A DNA stretch of 64,000 bases from Phoronis australis. Lineage: Eukaryota; Animalia; Phoronida. Location of the stretch: positions 271,432 to 335,431 of the forward strand of contig NMRA01000175.1 in the NCBI GenBank assembly GCA_002633005.1, given 5' to 3'. A model generated the notes under the pieces. The model was not told where the DNA came from. It saw nothing but the letters and a program-made list of their open reading frames with translations, and ran no database searches. Made by a program: the position numbers and the translations under genes. This document shows, one piece after another, positions 1-12,047 of the stretch (its first letter is position 1; each line of letters opens with the position of its first letter).

Positions 1-1275
1 ATGACCATTGTATTCCAGGGAATCGGGTTTCTCATTCAGTGAGAATGTATCACTCTTCAGTGACGTTGCTGTGCTGGGTCGGCTCGTATTTGTGACAGAT
101 TTGCACAAGACGGTACTTGGCCTGTCCGTCAAATGTTCCAGACCCGCCCTCAATGCTCCCATTCTGCTGCTGGTCACTGAATCCACAAACGACGTATTCT
201 CTTCAGGGATCGGAGTGTGCTGAGGCACATTCTGCACAGTATTCGGAACTTCAAATTCCAAAAAGTCCGACATTGAGTTGACATCCGATGAAGCCATGCT
301 GGTGGCTCCACCTGTCGGAACATTCACAGACATCTGACGGTGATTCAGAGATGAGCCACTTAGTGGGCGAGAATCAAAACTGACAGGTGTGTTGGTGCGA
401 TAGTTGTTTGTGTTGTCAGACTCATTACCTTCCATCACCCTTGGATGATCAAACATTTCCAAACCGTATCCTGGCAAGTTGTCATAGCGACGGTCACTGC
501 CATAGTGCCCTATGTTGGTGTCCTCTACCTGAATGATATAGCGCTGACGTCCAGACGGACTATGTATCACAGCAGGCGTCTGATTGGAATGATGCGGTGT
601 TTTCATTGATGTTGCGATCTTAATAAACTCAGTTTCTCCTTGCATTCCATTCAGTGTAATACTTACACCTGCTCGAGCACTGGTTTTATGTAAGGGTGTC
701 GCCGTTGGAGGGCGGATTGGTGAAGGTGACCTGTCATAGTCGACACGTGATTTATCTCGCTGCCCTGGCGCAATGATACTCAGCTCAGGGTCGTGACTTG
801 TGTGCATAGGTGTCGACACTTGTCTCAGCATGTGCTGTCTCAGTTCGCTGGCTGTCGTCATGGTTGATTCAGCCATGCTTAATTTGCTTACAGACCGCAA
901 GTACTCTCTTGGCGAGGCAATTTTTACCTCGCTAAAATCACTCGAGTTCTCCTGCCAACGTGGATACTGGTAAGTATTCAGCTTTCGTCTTCTCGGACTC
1001 GATTTTTTATTGGCAGCCGCAGAGGTTGCCACTGCCTCTTGAATAATTTCCTCATAACGCAATGGGTTCTCGTAGTCAGGATCGTACTCGTCAGCAGTGC
1101 CTTTACAAATAGACAGTTCATCCATAGCTGTCTTTATGCCGTCAATTCGCCTACGTGATTTCTTTGCAGTTTGAACTCTGTAGTTACCCTTGGATACATT
1201 TGATCGGGCGAGTTTAGGTCGCTCTTCATCCTTGTTCAGTTTTTCGAATTGTACAGGATGTGTTTCACAAAGATT
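1..1275 (-). CDS. Large coding exon of the uncharacterised gene (NLCETHPVQFEKLNKDEERPKLARSNV...RPSTATSLKSDTFSLNEKPDSLEYNGH, open at the window edge)
   Basis: 425 stop-free codons on the minus strand after acceptor ttttcag (1276-1278). The ORF track omits it, probably because no stop lies in the window. S/T/P/R-rich. Confidence 0.9.
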
Positions 1276-2171
1276 CTGAAAAGCAACAAAAACGCACATT
1301 TAATACAAAATACAGAAAGACAATCTAGATTGTATGAAATCAAACAACTTTAACAACATGATTTAAAACTGCATGCACTTCACCCTGGCTACAACGGGAA
1401 TCTAAGTAGATCATTTACTGTCTTAAAATTGTCTTCACAATAATCTTTTCTGTGATAAGGTTTTATTCCCATTACCAAGAATATGGAAATCATCAGCAAC
1501 TCAAGAAAACACTTAATAGTTTATTAGGGTTGGCCAACACTAAAATTATGGATTCAAAAATGGTGCATGTACGCATTCCCTGTGCCTTGAGTTACCAGCT
1601 CATTCAAGATTGGAAAAGCGTGGTAATGTTTTTAATCCCCAAAGTGCTTCGGTTAAGAATTCAACATTGACAGCTAAGGGGCAAAGTTCAGCTTTAAATG
1701 ACAAAAAATGCACAAAGTTGCTATTCACTCATATTCTGCCCAAAAACGAACTTTTAATTCAGACCACTGTTATCAAATTGGTCTAAACATAACATTTACT
1801 TAGATTAGATGAGATTTTTTGGAAAGTACTCATTATTGCTAGAGACCTGGCTCGACAACTTGGCTTATCATGGCCGTCATTTTATATGCCAAACATGATC
1901 TAAAGCAAGAAAAAACTGCTGATTTTTCCAAGCTCGTTAACAACATCTTTAAATAAAAAGGTTGGTTCTTATATGGAACACAGGTTTACAGCAGCGTTAA
2001 CCATATGTTAAACTCCACTGACTGCATGTTTATGAGCAATACAGTTGTGTCAATGTATGCCATGTTGTTTTGTTTGCATTTACACTCCCTAATAACAAAA
2101 GGATGTTCTTCCAAATTAAGTGATGTTGAGCTACAGAATATCCAATTAGTAATAAAGAAATTCCATCTTAC

Positions 2172-2328
2172 AATTCTAGGACTGTTTTCTTTGGATGCAG
2201 ACGGTTTAATGACAGTGACTTTCTCCCATGACACCTGGTCTTCCCAAGACAAAGGTATGGGTTTGCCACCGATGTCTTCAATTTCTTTGTGATATTCTTG
2301 CTCGTAATCATGGTAGATTGTGTCAAAT
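2172..2328 (-). CDS. Coding exon of the uncharacterised gene (FDTIYHDYEQEYHKEIEDIGGKPIPLSWEDQVSWEKVTVIKPSASKENSPRI)
   Basis: Acceptor tttcag, donor gtaaga; phase 2 to 0, which fits both neighbours. Confidence 0.85.
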
Positions 2329-2746
2329 CTGAAATGAAATCAAGTTTGATTGGCTGGTCGTCATTGTCTTATACATAAAAGCAAAAATCATAGTTGCATC
2401 TCAAAAATCCCCAGACTATACAATGGTTTTCCATACCAATGCATGCAAACTGACATTTGGCCATATTAGACACAGAATAAAGAAAGAGCAATTTGAAAAT
2501 GCTAACACTCTGATCAATAATGCACGATCGCCATGGGGGAACAGAGCCAAACCACGTCATTGGAATGTAGCATCCTCATTGGAAAAGGCAGATCTGTCAT
2601 CTAATTTGGAGTGTAAACAATACAAAGACACATCAGACATCTGACAATCACTTGCAACATGTGAAATACTTTTCTTCAGTTGGTGAATCAGACGTCTCAT
2701 CTGTCTCCTGATTGGACAGCACATGAATGTTGTATCAGTCACTCAC

Positions 2747-2888
2747 TTGTCTCGCCTCACTTTCTTCTCCGTCTGCTGCACAATTCCATTCTTCCCGATG
2801 CGTACTCTGTCGCCTTCTTTAATCTTCTGAGCAAGATGGCTGCCAGACACGCCTTCCACAATGTAGTACTCTTCAGGTTTCTTCATGC
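2747..2888 (-). CDS. Coding exon of the uncharacterised gene (SMKKPEEYYIVEGVSGSHLAQKIKEGDRVRIGKNGIVQQTEKKVRRDK)
   Basis: Acceptor acacag, donor gtgagt; phase 1 to 2. Confidence 0.8.
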
Positions 2889-3614
2889 CTGTGTACATTC
2901 AAGGAAAATAAAGCAATAGTCCCTTGCAGAGGTCACGGATTTTTAGAACTAGTGTTGTGCCGTTATTCAGTGAAGAAAGCTGGTTCTCAAAATGTGAGAC
3001 AATGAAAGTATGATGCAATTGGTGCTTTCTTGTCCACACGAAACAAGCATCAACCTTAAAATATCTACCACAATGAAGAGCACAAAATTCAGTGAGTGAC
3101 AATATTGAAATAAAATTCCTATCTTAAAAATGCACATAATCTGGCAGTAGAGTCTACTGAGTTTTCCTGGATGGATCAACAGCTACATTTTATTATAAGA
3201 CACTTATCCTACATTGCTCAAGAGCCTTTACCGAACCTAGACCGAATACTGGCTTAGAATTTTAGGGAAACTAGTGCTGATAGTGTGTTTTTTGCCATAT
3301 CCACAGCATGTCACCCCCTAAATCTGCCTGTGACCCATCACATGTTGAAACCAAACAAAGAACAGTATCTGTTTTATGTATTCCACTATTACTTGTATAG
3401 GTGTTAGTGGTCATCAATTTTATGTTTGGCCCTCATGGAAAGCAGAACCATAACACCGATAGGATTGCGTTCTTTGTCAGTAAAATTATTACATTTTAGT
3501 CCATAAAAATAACGACCAAGATTCCCATCACTGTGGCACAAAATGTTCAGTATGTTTTTGTAAATGTGTCAATCAGGGCCAATAGATGCTTCATCACATT
3601 GATTCAACCCTTAC

Positions 3615-3878
3615 TTGTGAACGCATCAATGGCACCGCCACCACCATCACCATGGCTACCACCTCCAAACGTCAGCCACTGTCCTGAACCGTCAAGGGAA
3701 GCAGAAGACGAATCTGACTTCTTTTTGCCACGGACAAAATTTCCCTCGGTTAAGTCCGCTGTTTCATCAAATTGTCGACGCAGTTCACTTTGAGATTGCT
3801 GATAGTTCCGTGCAGACTCCAGGAGGTCTTTGTCTAACTTTATGGTCATAAACTCTGGGCGAGGCCTCTTGACACTGC
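3615..3878 (-). CDS. Coding exon of the uncharacterised gene (GSVKRPRPEFMTIKLDKDLLESARNYQQSQSELRRQFDE...GAIDAFT)
   Basis: Acceptor ttttcag, donor gtaagg; phase 1 to 1; overlaps ORF 3604..3849. Confidence 0.85.
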
Positions 3879-5507
3879 CTGAAAATGAATATCAAGAATG
3901 CATAACCTAATAAAATGAATGAAGAATTTAAAATGATTTCTTTGACTATAAGTTGTTGAGAAAAATTTAGGAGATAATTCAAATACTATGCAACACACAG
4001 TTTTATGATTCGCTATTGGTTTTACTGAAAGAGTAGCACGTGCACACACGAAATCACCCGTTTGAGCAAGAGGCCTATCATTTAAAATAACATAAAGCTC
4101 AAGGAGTTTGAGGAGTTTCCAACATTTCAGTGTTAAGCATTAAACTACTGGTCAACTACCAACTCCGTTTGATGGATGAAACCCAACTGTTGTCATGGCG
4201 TCATTAATCGGACCGATTTCAGAAATATCACATTCAGGCAAAGGGTAGAAGGAAATGCCTTTTCAATTCATCTTAATTTTACGGGAAGGGGGTATTTGCA
4301 ACACATAATAATACTATTATATTGAAATTGACAATTCCCCAAGGCCAAAAAACCTCACTAAGATTCATACATAACAGGTTCTCAAGCATTGAAGACAGAA
4401 TAATGCATATTATAGAGATAATAGTATTTTAATTTTCATTAAAGGTGTGAGCACAGAATTTTTGCTCTGCCTATTCTCCACACTTAAATGTAGTAAAATC
4501 AGAGGATGGCATCCACAAGCTTCTTGCTTCCAGTGCATCTTTCCAGTCAGAATCTTGCAGCAACCATAACGGATATGTACGGACACATTTTGCACATTAA
4601 AATCCCCAGTTTTGAAATCCACTGACAGTCCTACAGCAATTCCACAGACTGACTTCATCAGCTCGGCATTTGTTATATATTGCCTGGGCTGTTCCGTAGA
4701 GAAAGTTTCTCACAAGAAAAGCGAAACCATCTTGAAGCTGATCTCAAATACACAAAATTGTTGCTTATAATATAATTTAAGGCTAAGCAAAACTGCAAGG
4801 AAGAGCAGAAAATAAAACCTCTTATTATTTAAGTTTTGCTTTAATCCAATTAGTGTTATAAAAATTAGTCTTGTTTCTTGTTTTGTTCGTTACTCAGTTT
4901 AGAAGTGTTCTCTGGGCTGGGGCAGGACTGACTGTTCATAATTCCATCAGATCAACTCGTGGAATGACAGCTAGCTCAGGGAGCTTAGGTTTGAAGAAGA
5001 AGTGAACTGCCAGTTCCTTCCAAGAGTGGAAGCCACACCTATTTCAACTAAGGAACAACTTGAGACCACTTTTGCTGTTATCAAGTGGAACTACTGGATC
5101 TAAATTGATACAATGTACGTTGTTTTTTAGTGTCATTCTCCTTTAATTCACATTGGTTAGTGGCCTAAATCAAACCTCATTTATTAAAAGAAAATACCGG
5201 TTATAGGTCAATTTAGCATTAACATTTTTTCAAAAGAATCAAAAATCGTGCAGCAGCAATTCAAGTTTTAAATTTAAGAAATTAATGCAAAAATGAGATT
5301 CTAATTAAGTGTAAGTAACCGATATTAGTCTTTTTTCATCTATGAATCAGCAGATAGACATAAACACAAATGGTCAAGCGTTCATAACATGGAACAAAAC
5401 ATAACCAACAAACAAGAGCTTGGTACATCATACATAGCAGGGTCTCAAAGACTTGGAACAAAACTCCATTCGTGCGTGTGAGAACAGAACTAAGCACCAA
5501 TGTTTAC

Positions 5508-5531
5508 CTGTGTTGACTGGGGGTAAGGCGA
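5508..5531 (-). CDS. Candidate 24-nt symmetric microexon (VALPPVNT)
   Basis: Acceptor catttag, donor cag|gtaaac; phase 1-1 and stop-free, inside a phase-1 intron. Confidence 0.5.
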
Positions 5532-5740
5532 CTAAATGCAATGGGAACGTGGATGAGGAACAAGGGCAAATGCAACATGGGTAATCAATCAAATCACTTA
5601 ACATGCATATTTCTATAAATTACCTGATAATTCAATGAAACACAGTCGCTGGAAATGAAACGAAGAGTTATGGTAGCTGTAGAAGAACTGAGAGGTTTAG
5701 TACTCAATCAGTAATTGAAAACGGCACCATTAAAATGTTA

Positions 5741-6140
5741 CCGGGACCTTCTACAGACGAGTAGACACTCTAGTCCACTTAGCCATCGGGACATTGGTGG
5801 AACACAGAAATCCAGTCAGACTTAACAGTGGGCATCAAGCCCATAAACTCGTGTGTGTGTGTGTGTGCGTGCGTGCATGCGTGTTTGTATGTGTATGAAT
5901 ATGTAAATCTTGAAGCGGCGTGGAAATACAGATAGCAAACATTTTTAAGTCTGGTCTGCACGCCACCTGTTAGCCACATCACGTGGCCTCATGAATATAA
6001 GTCTAGAACGATAGCAGAAGGTCCCGGGTTCGAGTCTCGGTCAGGGCAGAAATCTTTTCAGACTTATGTTCATTAGGTCATGTGATGTGGCCAGCAACAG
6101 GTGGCGTGCATTCTATATTTACATGGTGGATTAAGATTTA
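5741..6140. mobile_element. tRNA-derived SINE-like fragments in opposite orientations with a (CA/GT)n tail
   Basis: Minus 5792..5741 reads gtcccgatggctaagtggactagag (A-box-like). Plus 6016.. reads agaaggtcccgggttcgagtctcgg (B box). The body gacttat.ttcat.agg.ca.gtgatgtgg..aacaggtggcgtgca occurs on plus (~6061-6110) and minus (~6004-5957). (GT)n lies at ~5851-5890. Confidence 0.7.
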
Positions 6141-7132
6141 TATGCAACGACATAAGGCAGACTACTACTCATTTTAATTGACTCGGGGATCATTTCCATG
6201 AAAAACTTCAACAACTAAAGAGAGACAAGCATTATAGTCTGACTATATGCAGCCACCATCAAGGTATGAGATTTTCTTGTTACAGTATACACTACATATT
6301 TAATCAATAAGATAAAATGTCCCAGAATGCCTCCATCATGGCGACTGAATGTAAGCAAAATTCCCCGTCACGGCGAGTGAATTTGCTGGCAACAGAGTAG
6401 CTATAGCGACACATCGTGACGGAGAAACACAATTCGGTCCGGTCATCTTTGGCATTTGTATGCCGTGACACAAGTCAATAAGTAATGTTGTGAATCATAC
6501 TACAACTATAGCCCACTGGTTCATAACATTTTTTTCATCATGCGCAGGTCCATTACTCTCAGCTACTGTTGAAACTAAAGTACAGTAATTCTTCACCTAT
6601 TTAAAGCTAAATTTTATTTATTCAAATTGTCCCACAAGAGCATGGACAAGGAAATCTTTAGTGTATTACATTGGCTTGGCTTGCAATACACAGATGTCCT
6701 AAAGCAACCTTTTGTAAAGCTTTCACTATCTGTAGCAACATCATCGGCTTTTGGAAAATTGAAAATGTCAATTTTGGCAATTATTTTTGCGCCAAATAAG
6801 TGGAGAATTACCACACGTTCAATTTATTCATTTTGGAAAATCAAACTCAATAATGTAGTAGGCAACTAGTATACAATCAGGCTAACAATGCGATTACCCA
6901 GCAAGTCAGGGAACATGGCGTACAAAAACATTTCAACAACTAAACGTAAATGGTTTAACTTTCAATACATTTAATCAGTCAATTCAGTAAACACATTTTG
7001 AATTGTGATCCAACTTTAAATACTAGAGCTTTTGCAGTAAAAAGCGATCACTGATAATGCACTTAACAAAAAGTGAATTAAAAAATCCAATAGCCTGTAA
7101 TTAGACTTGAAGATACTCCTCAGAAACCTTAC

Positions 7133-7219
7133 CTGTAGTACTAGGTCGTTTAGCAATGTGTTTGGGAGTTGAATGGTGTCTATGTTGAGAAGTGACAGGT
7201 CTCATATAACGACTTGACA
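7133..7219 (-). CDS. Candidate 87-nt symmetric cassette exon (VSSRYMRPVTSQHRHHSTPKHIAKRPSTT)
   Basis: Acceptor tttgttgcag, donor cag|gtaagg; phase 1-1; composition matches the rest of the protein. Confidence 0.7.
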
Positions 7220-8298
7220 CTGCAACAAAAGGGTTGTTAACGGTTACCATAAGAGGGTTGCTTTTGTGACAGCAAAGAAAGTCAAAAAGTGTAAATGGAA
7301 GCAGACACTTGGTCAATACGACAGTCAGTAGCTGAAAAAAGATTCGCTTTCAGACACTGTTGACAGAATCTGGGTGAAAACACAATGTAGGTGAATTTAA
7401 CACATAACTTGCATGATACCTCAGCTCCTCAGCTCTGTCTTAATTTATGTACATAAACTATATCTGTTATGTGTGTGCATTAATAAATGAAAAATGGTCT
7501 TGGTTGTTTGGTGCAGTGGGACCAACTGAGTGGCTAGTGAACTTCTGACACAGCTTGTATCGGACCACCTGCACTATTTTTTATGGTCATTATTTTTATT
7601 TCACTATAAAGACAAGCACCAAATTATCTTGTGGAAAATGTCGGGAAAGGCTACTGAAAAATTGTTGTGCATTTACAAAACAAAACATTTTTTGAAGGTA
7701 CCAGATAGGATACAAGTTTGTGACATAGATATTTAGAAACACGATGGTCTATTTGGAATATATACCAGTGGCAAAGATATATAAACTAAATATATTATAA
7801 AGCAACATACAGGAGATTAGAAATTACCATTTGAATACAAATCAGAGCAATAGACAGAAAATGTATAGTAGCCTGTACAGACACAGTCTATGACTTCACT
7901 CAGTCTAGACTATAGTTGAGTGCAATTACCACAGGAATGCAACTACTCATTGTATGAAAGTACCGGTAAATAAAAAAAATTTCCATATTATATTCATCGA
8001 GATGTTTTTAAAGGCCACACCTTATCACGTCATGGGAAATCAAAAATGTGTCCGTTTCATAAAACATATTCTCAATGTGTTACACTTAGTCTGTGACTGG
8101 TTTATGAAGGGTATCATGTGTCATTGGCAACTGAATAATTAACATCAAGGATCACTAGACGTCCAAACAGGGAATAGTTGGGAGGTAAGGACTTTTCAAA
8201 AGCAGAAATGAGATCCCAAAGTACAAAACAATAAATCATGTCATCGTGAAGCAGGCTTCAGTGAGCAAAAGTACATACAGCAGGGGTGAGCCTCTCAC

Positions 8299-8390
8299 CT
8301 GCCAAAATATCCTTTACGTGTGGTTGATCCTTCAGTTGTTCAGCCGTCCGAGGTTGAGTGCGACGTCTGACAGGTGCCGATACTGCCGTC
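8299..8390 (-). CDS. Coding exon of the uncharacterised gene (TAVSAPVRRRTQPRTAEQLKDQPHVKDILA)
   Basis: Acceptor ttctttag, donor cag|gtgaga; phase 2 to 1. Confidence 0.8.
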
Positions 8391-11300
8391 CTAAAGAATA
8401 ACAACATAATTAGTTATATGAACTGTGGAATACAATCAATAGCCAACTGTCACAGTACCTCCAGAATATTCTTAAATGCATACTAATTATCAATCAATGA
8501 CAACTACCATTAAAGAACACACGCTCAAAGAGCTGTGATCAAGAGCCAGGAGGTAAATTTCTTTTTGTCTATTCACAACAAATTTGAGGAGCATTTTTGA
8601 TATTTGCAATCATTCTTCTACAAGTGTTCAGACGACATCTGTTCTCCTTATCAACAGTCTCTGCCAAAGTTGATGATCTCAAAGTCTCACTTCTGACTCA
8701 TTTCAACAAAAGAAGTCCAAAATCGTGCACATAAGGTTTTCAACTCATATCTCAATTTTTTTGCCATAGTCATAGAACATTGCCAAAGCTTGACACATAT
8801 CATGGGATATTGTCACTTCAATAAATGACAACTAGAGGAACTAATTCAGATCAAAGAAAAATTTGGTTAAAGCAAATGCTCACACTCACACTCCCACAAA
8901 CACTAGCAAATGAGCAACAGAATCCCATTCCATGACGTAAGATATCTGAGAGCTAAAGCAAAATCACCAAAAATGATTCCCTTATAATGCATAGTGATAT
9001 CTGATGCCAAGACTTGAGTGACCTTGCCAACTGGCGAGAAACTAGACTTTTTGTAACTTTTTGAAAAATGAAAAAACAGACATTGTCCACTGTCCAGCCC
9101 TGTCCATTTGGTCATCCCTTCGCCTGACAAACTCTTTCATTGAGGCAACTGATGCAGCGCAAGTATGGAAGAGTAACAGTATCGAAATAAAGCCAAATCT
9201 GCTAACTGTAGAGCTATAAGAGTCACACAGACCAAAAGTGATGCACACAAGATTCTTAAAGACAAATTTCTCCAGCTGCAAAGTAAGACTACCTTGAAAG
9301 GAAGCTGATATTCTTTTCCCGGTTTTTAAACTTGCAGAACACTTTCTAGAGCACCTTTTTCATGGTTAAGTTGCACTCAGGCAACAGAATGTTGACTGTA
9401 GACATCACAACACTGAATTCCAGTATAACTACATTTCATACCAGGACCAGAATTTAATATTTATTAACCTTGTTTCAATGTCACAAAATGTCTTCGCATC
9501 TGTGTTACCTAGCTGTGTTGTATAGCCACCATACACAACAGTATTGTTAGTAGACACAAAAGAAATGTTGAAAACAAAACCCGTTACACTCAAAATGTCA
9601 ATGTGATTAAATATAACAACTGGTAACGAAATAGGTCATTACGAAATAACAACCAATGACGGTAAAGAACTGAACAATGTGATCAAAGGCTGACCATGTT
9701 ACTAAAATAAACCGCAACAATAGCTATGTGTACTCTATAGAGAGCCAAATGTTAGGACCATTATATAAATATATACAATTCTTAAAACTGGCAATTTTGT
9801 TTGAAAGAAAGTGTACTGTAAGGTTAGAGTGCATTCAAAATTTTAGTTTTACAACTTAAAAAATAACTAAAATGTTCAAATAGCAGCCCTCTCACCAGGC
9901 TTTTTGATTGTGATAGGCCACCATTCTCGCATTTTAAACCCCCTCCACAAATTTGACCACCACCTTAAAATTTTGATCTACCATGCTCAAGTTTCGATTA
10001 ATTGTCATATCTATCATGACTATACAGTGCATTTAAGCATTCTCAGCCTGTAAAATATTGAGTCACCATCTTCATATTTTCAGTCAGGCTAATGCCCACT
10101 GCAGCCAGTCTGAATGTTATCATTGCTATGGAAATTATTTAGCTAATATTTAATTATTCACAAAAATAACCAAGAACAGAACAAAACGGTCTCCCCTTCG
10201 GGACTAAGACGAACATTGCAACTGACAGCATTCTGTCCTTCCAACCATGCTCAACTTTAATTCAGGTACACAGTATCTAGTAACTTGTAAAGCCAAACCA
10301 CATTTCCACAAATTAATTCCAAGGAAATGGTCAGAATATTTTAATCCAAACCTTGGTTTAAAATAAAAGTCAAAGAGAGATACAGAATAATCTTTGCATA
10401 AGGATTTTATAAAAAAATTCACACAATGAAAACCTGTTGCTAAGGGCTAATGGCATGAACATATTAAGTTAAAGATGCCCAACAGAGGGCGCTTTAACAC
10501 AGGCTGTAGATCCTTCCTCTGACAATCCATCAGCACTGAGCAGACGGTAAGATAGAACTGATGACTGGGTTGGTAAGCTTAACCACATATTAACTGAAAT
10601 TTTCCATAAAATTGTCCATTCCCACAAAACTAATATGCAAAGTGACTTTTCCTCTACTCTAATGTTTGTTGTTGACAATTTCACCTGGTTCAGTTGTAGT
10701 CAGAATCTGATACTTGTGCTCTAACTAACTATGTTACTAACACTAAGGAGTGGCCAGTAAGACTACCATTACATGGATGCTTCAGGGGATTTTTCTGAAT
10801 AAAATATTCAAAGAAATCAACTAAAATATGCCGTTTTATTACCAAGGAAAAAAGAACAACTTATTATGTAATTTACATAATGCACTTGAAAATTTGAATG
10901 GCCACCTTCTGTATTTGTCACAAAACAAAATTGCTTCTTAGAATCCGAGATGGGTGTTTGGTCCAAAATGCACTTGACTATCTTAAATGCAAAGAGCATG
11001 TGCACTGCTTTTTTGTAAACAAGACTGACTTTACCAAAAAATACATTGTAGAAAATAAACAATGTTATGGTTTTTGTCATAGCAGCAAATTGAAGAATAA
11101 TTACGTTTGATTTTTTAGTATTTATTAAAAGTTGGAGTGTTACCGACAGCCAAATTCGCAAACACACAAAATAAAGTCCACTCAAATTAATTGGTCAAAA
11201 GCTACTATGCCTACAGTTGTATGATATCATTAAGATACTACAGCGTGCCACAGGTACATTTTGTCTAAAATGATAAGAAATATTTTTCTTAGTGAATGAA

Positions 11301-11571
11301 GAAAGACAAGTGCTATATTCTCTGTTTTGGATTTTTAGAGCTCTATGCAATTTTTGTAATGAACTTTAGGTCAAACTTGTTGAACATTGAGTCACTGGGA
11401 AACACTAGTTCAAGAGATGCAAATTCCACCAATTCCAGAAAAAATAATTGCCAAAGTAATCAGTTTGCATTTCCCAAAGACTTCTAACACTGTTGTAAAA
11501 GCCCACAGTTCATCAAAACATTGGTTGGTGGTATTTACACGAAAATGTAAAAAACTCAACAGTGAGCTTAC

Positions 11572-11633
11572 TTTCTGCTACTTCTCTTTAATAAATTGGC
11601 GGCGTTTTGTCGTATTTGGATTTCACTGAACCG
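11572..11633 (-). CDS. Candidate 62-nt exon (RFSEIQIRQNAANLLKRSSRK)
   Basis: Acceptor ttttgtag, donor gtaagc; phase 0 to 2; in frame only together with the 28-nt exon at 12020..12047. Confidence 0.6.
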
Positions 11634-12019
11634 CTACAAAACTTTTGAAATACAATTTTAAAGCGAGAGCTCTTGCTTCAAGTATACGGTTTGGGACCTT
11701 CTGGAAAAGGGTACTCTGTGTATCCTAGGCAACTGAAGATAAGGAGATAAGATAGGGATGACAAAGCTTGGTCAATTTTTTATGTTTGTGACATGAGAAG
11801 CTCAAAGTCTACATTGAACGATAGCACGGTATCAATTTTAAGTTCTTACGGTATGGTAGCAACATCACTTTGGCCACATTGATGTCATAAATTGCAAAAT
11901 GTAACGAACAGTTAGGCTTATTGTCTGATTTTTGTCAACGTCACTGAAAGAATCCGTAGTTGATTTAATCAGCTACAAACAACACACACCCATACTGGTA
12001 TTCCATTTACTAAACTCAC

Positions 12020-12047
12020 CCCCGGCAGATACACACTTCTTCTGAGG
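12020..12047 (-). CDS. Candidate 28-nt microexon (SLRRSVYLPG)
   Basis: Acceptor ttaatgtag, donor ggg|gtgagt; phase 2 to 0. Confidence 0.6.

Noticed and set aside
5741-6050. Functional tRNA gene
   Set aside because: The A-box and B-box halves lie on opposite strands and are attached to a SINE-like body and a CA tail.
7420-7434. Possible 15-nt minus-strand microexon (agctgaggagctgag)
   Set aside because: Weak acceptor, and it contains a stop in the phase required by the flanking exons.
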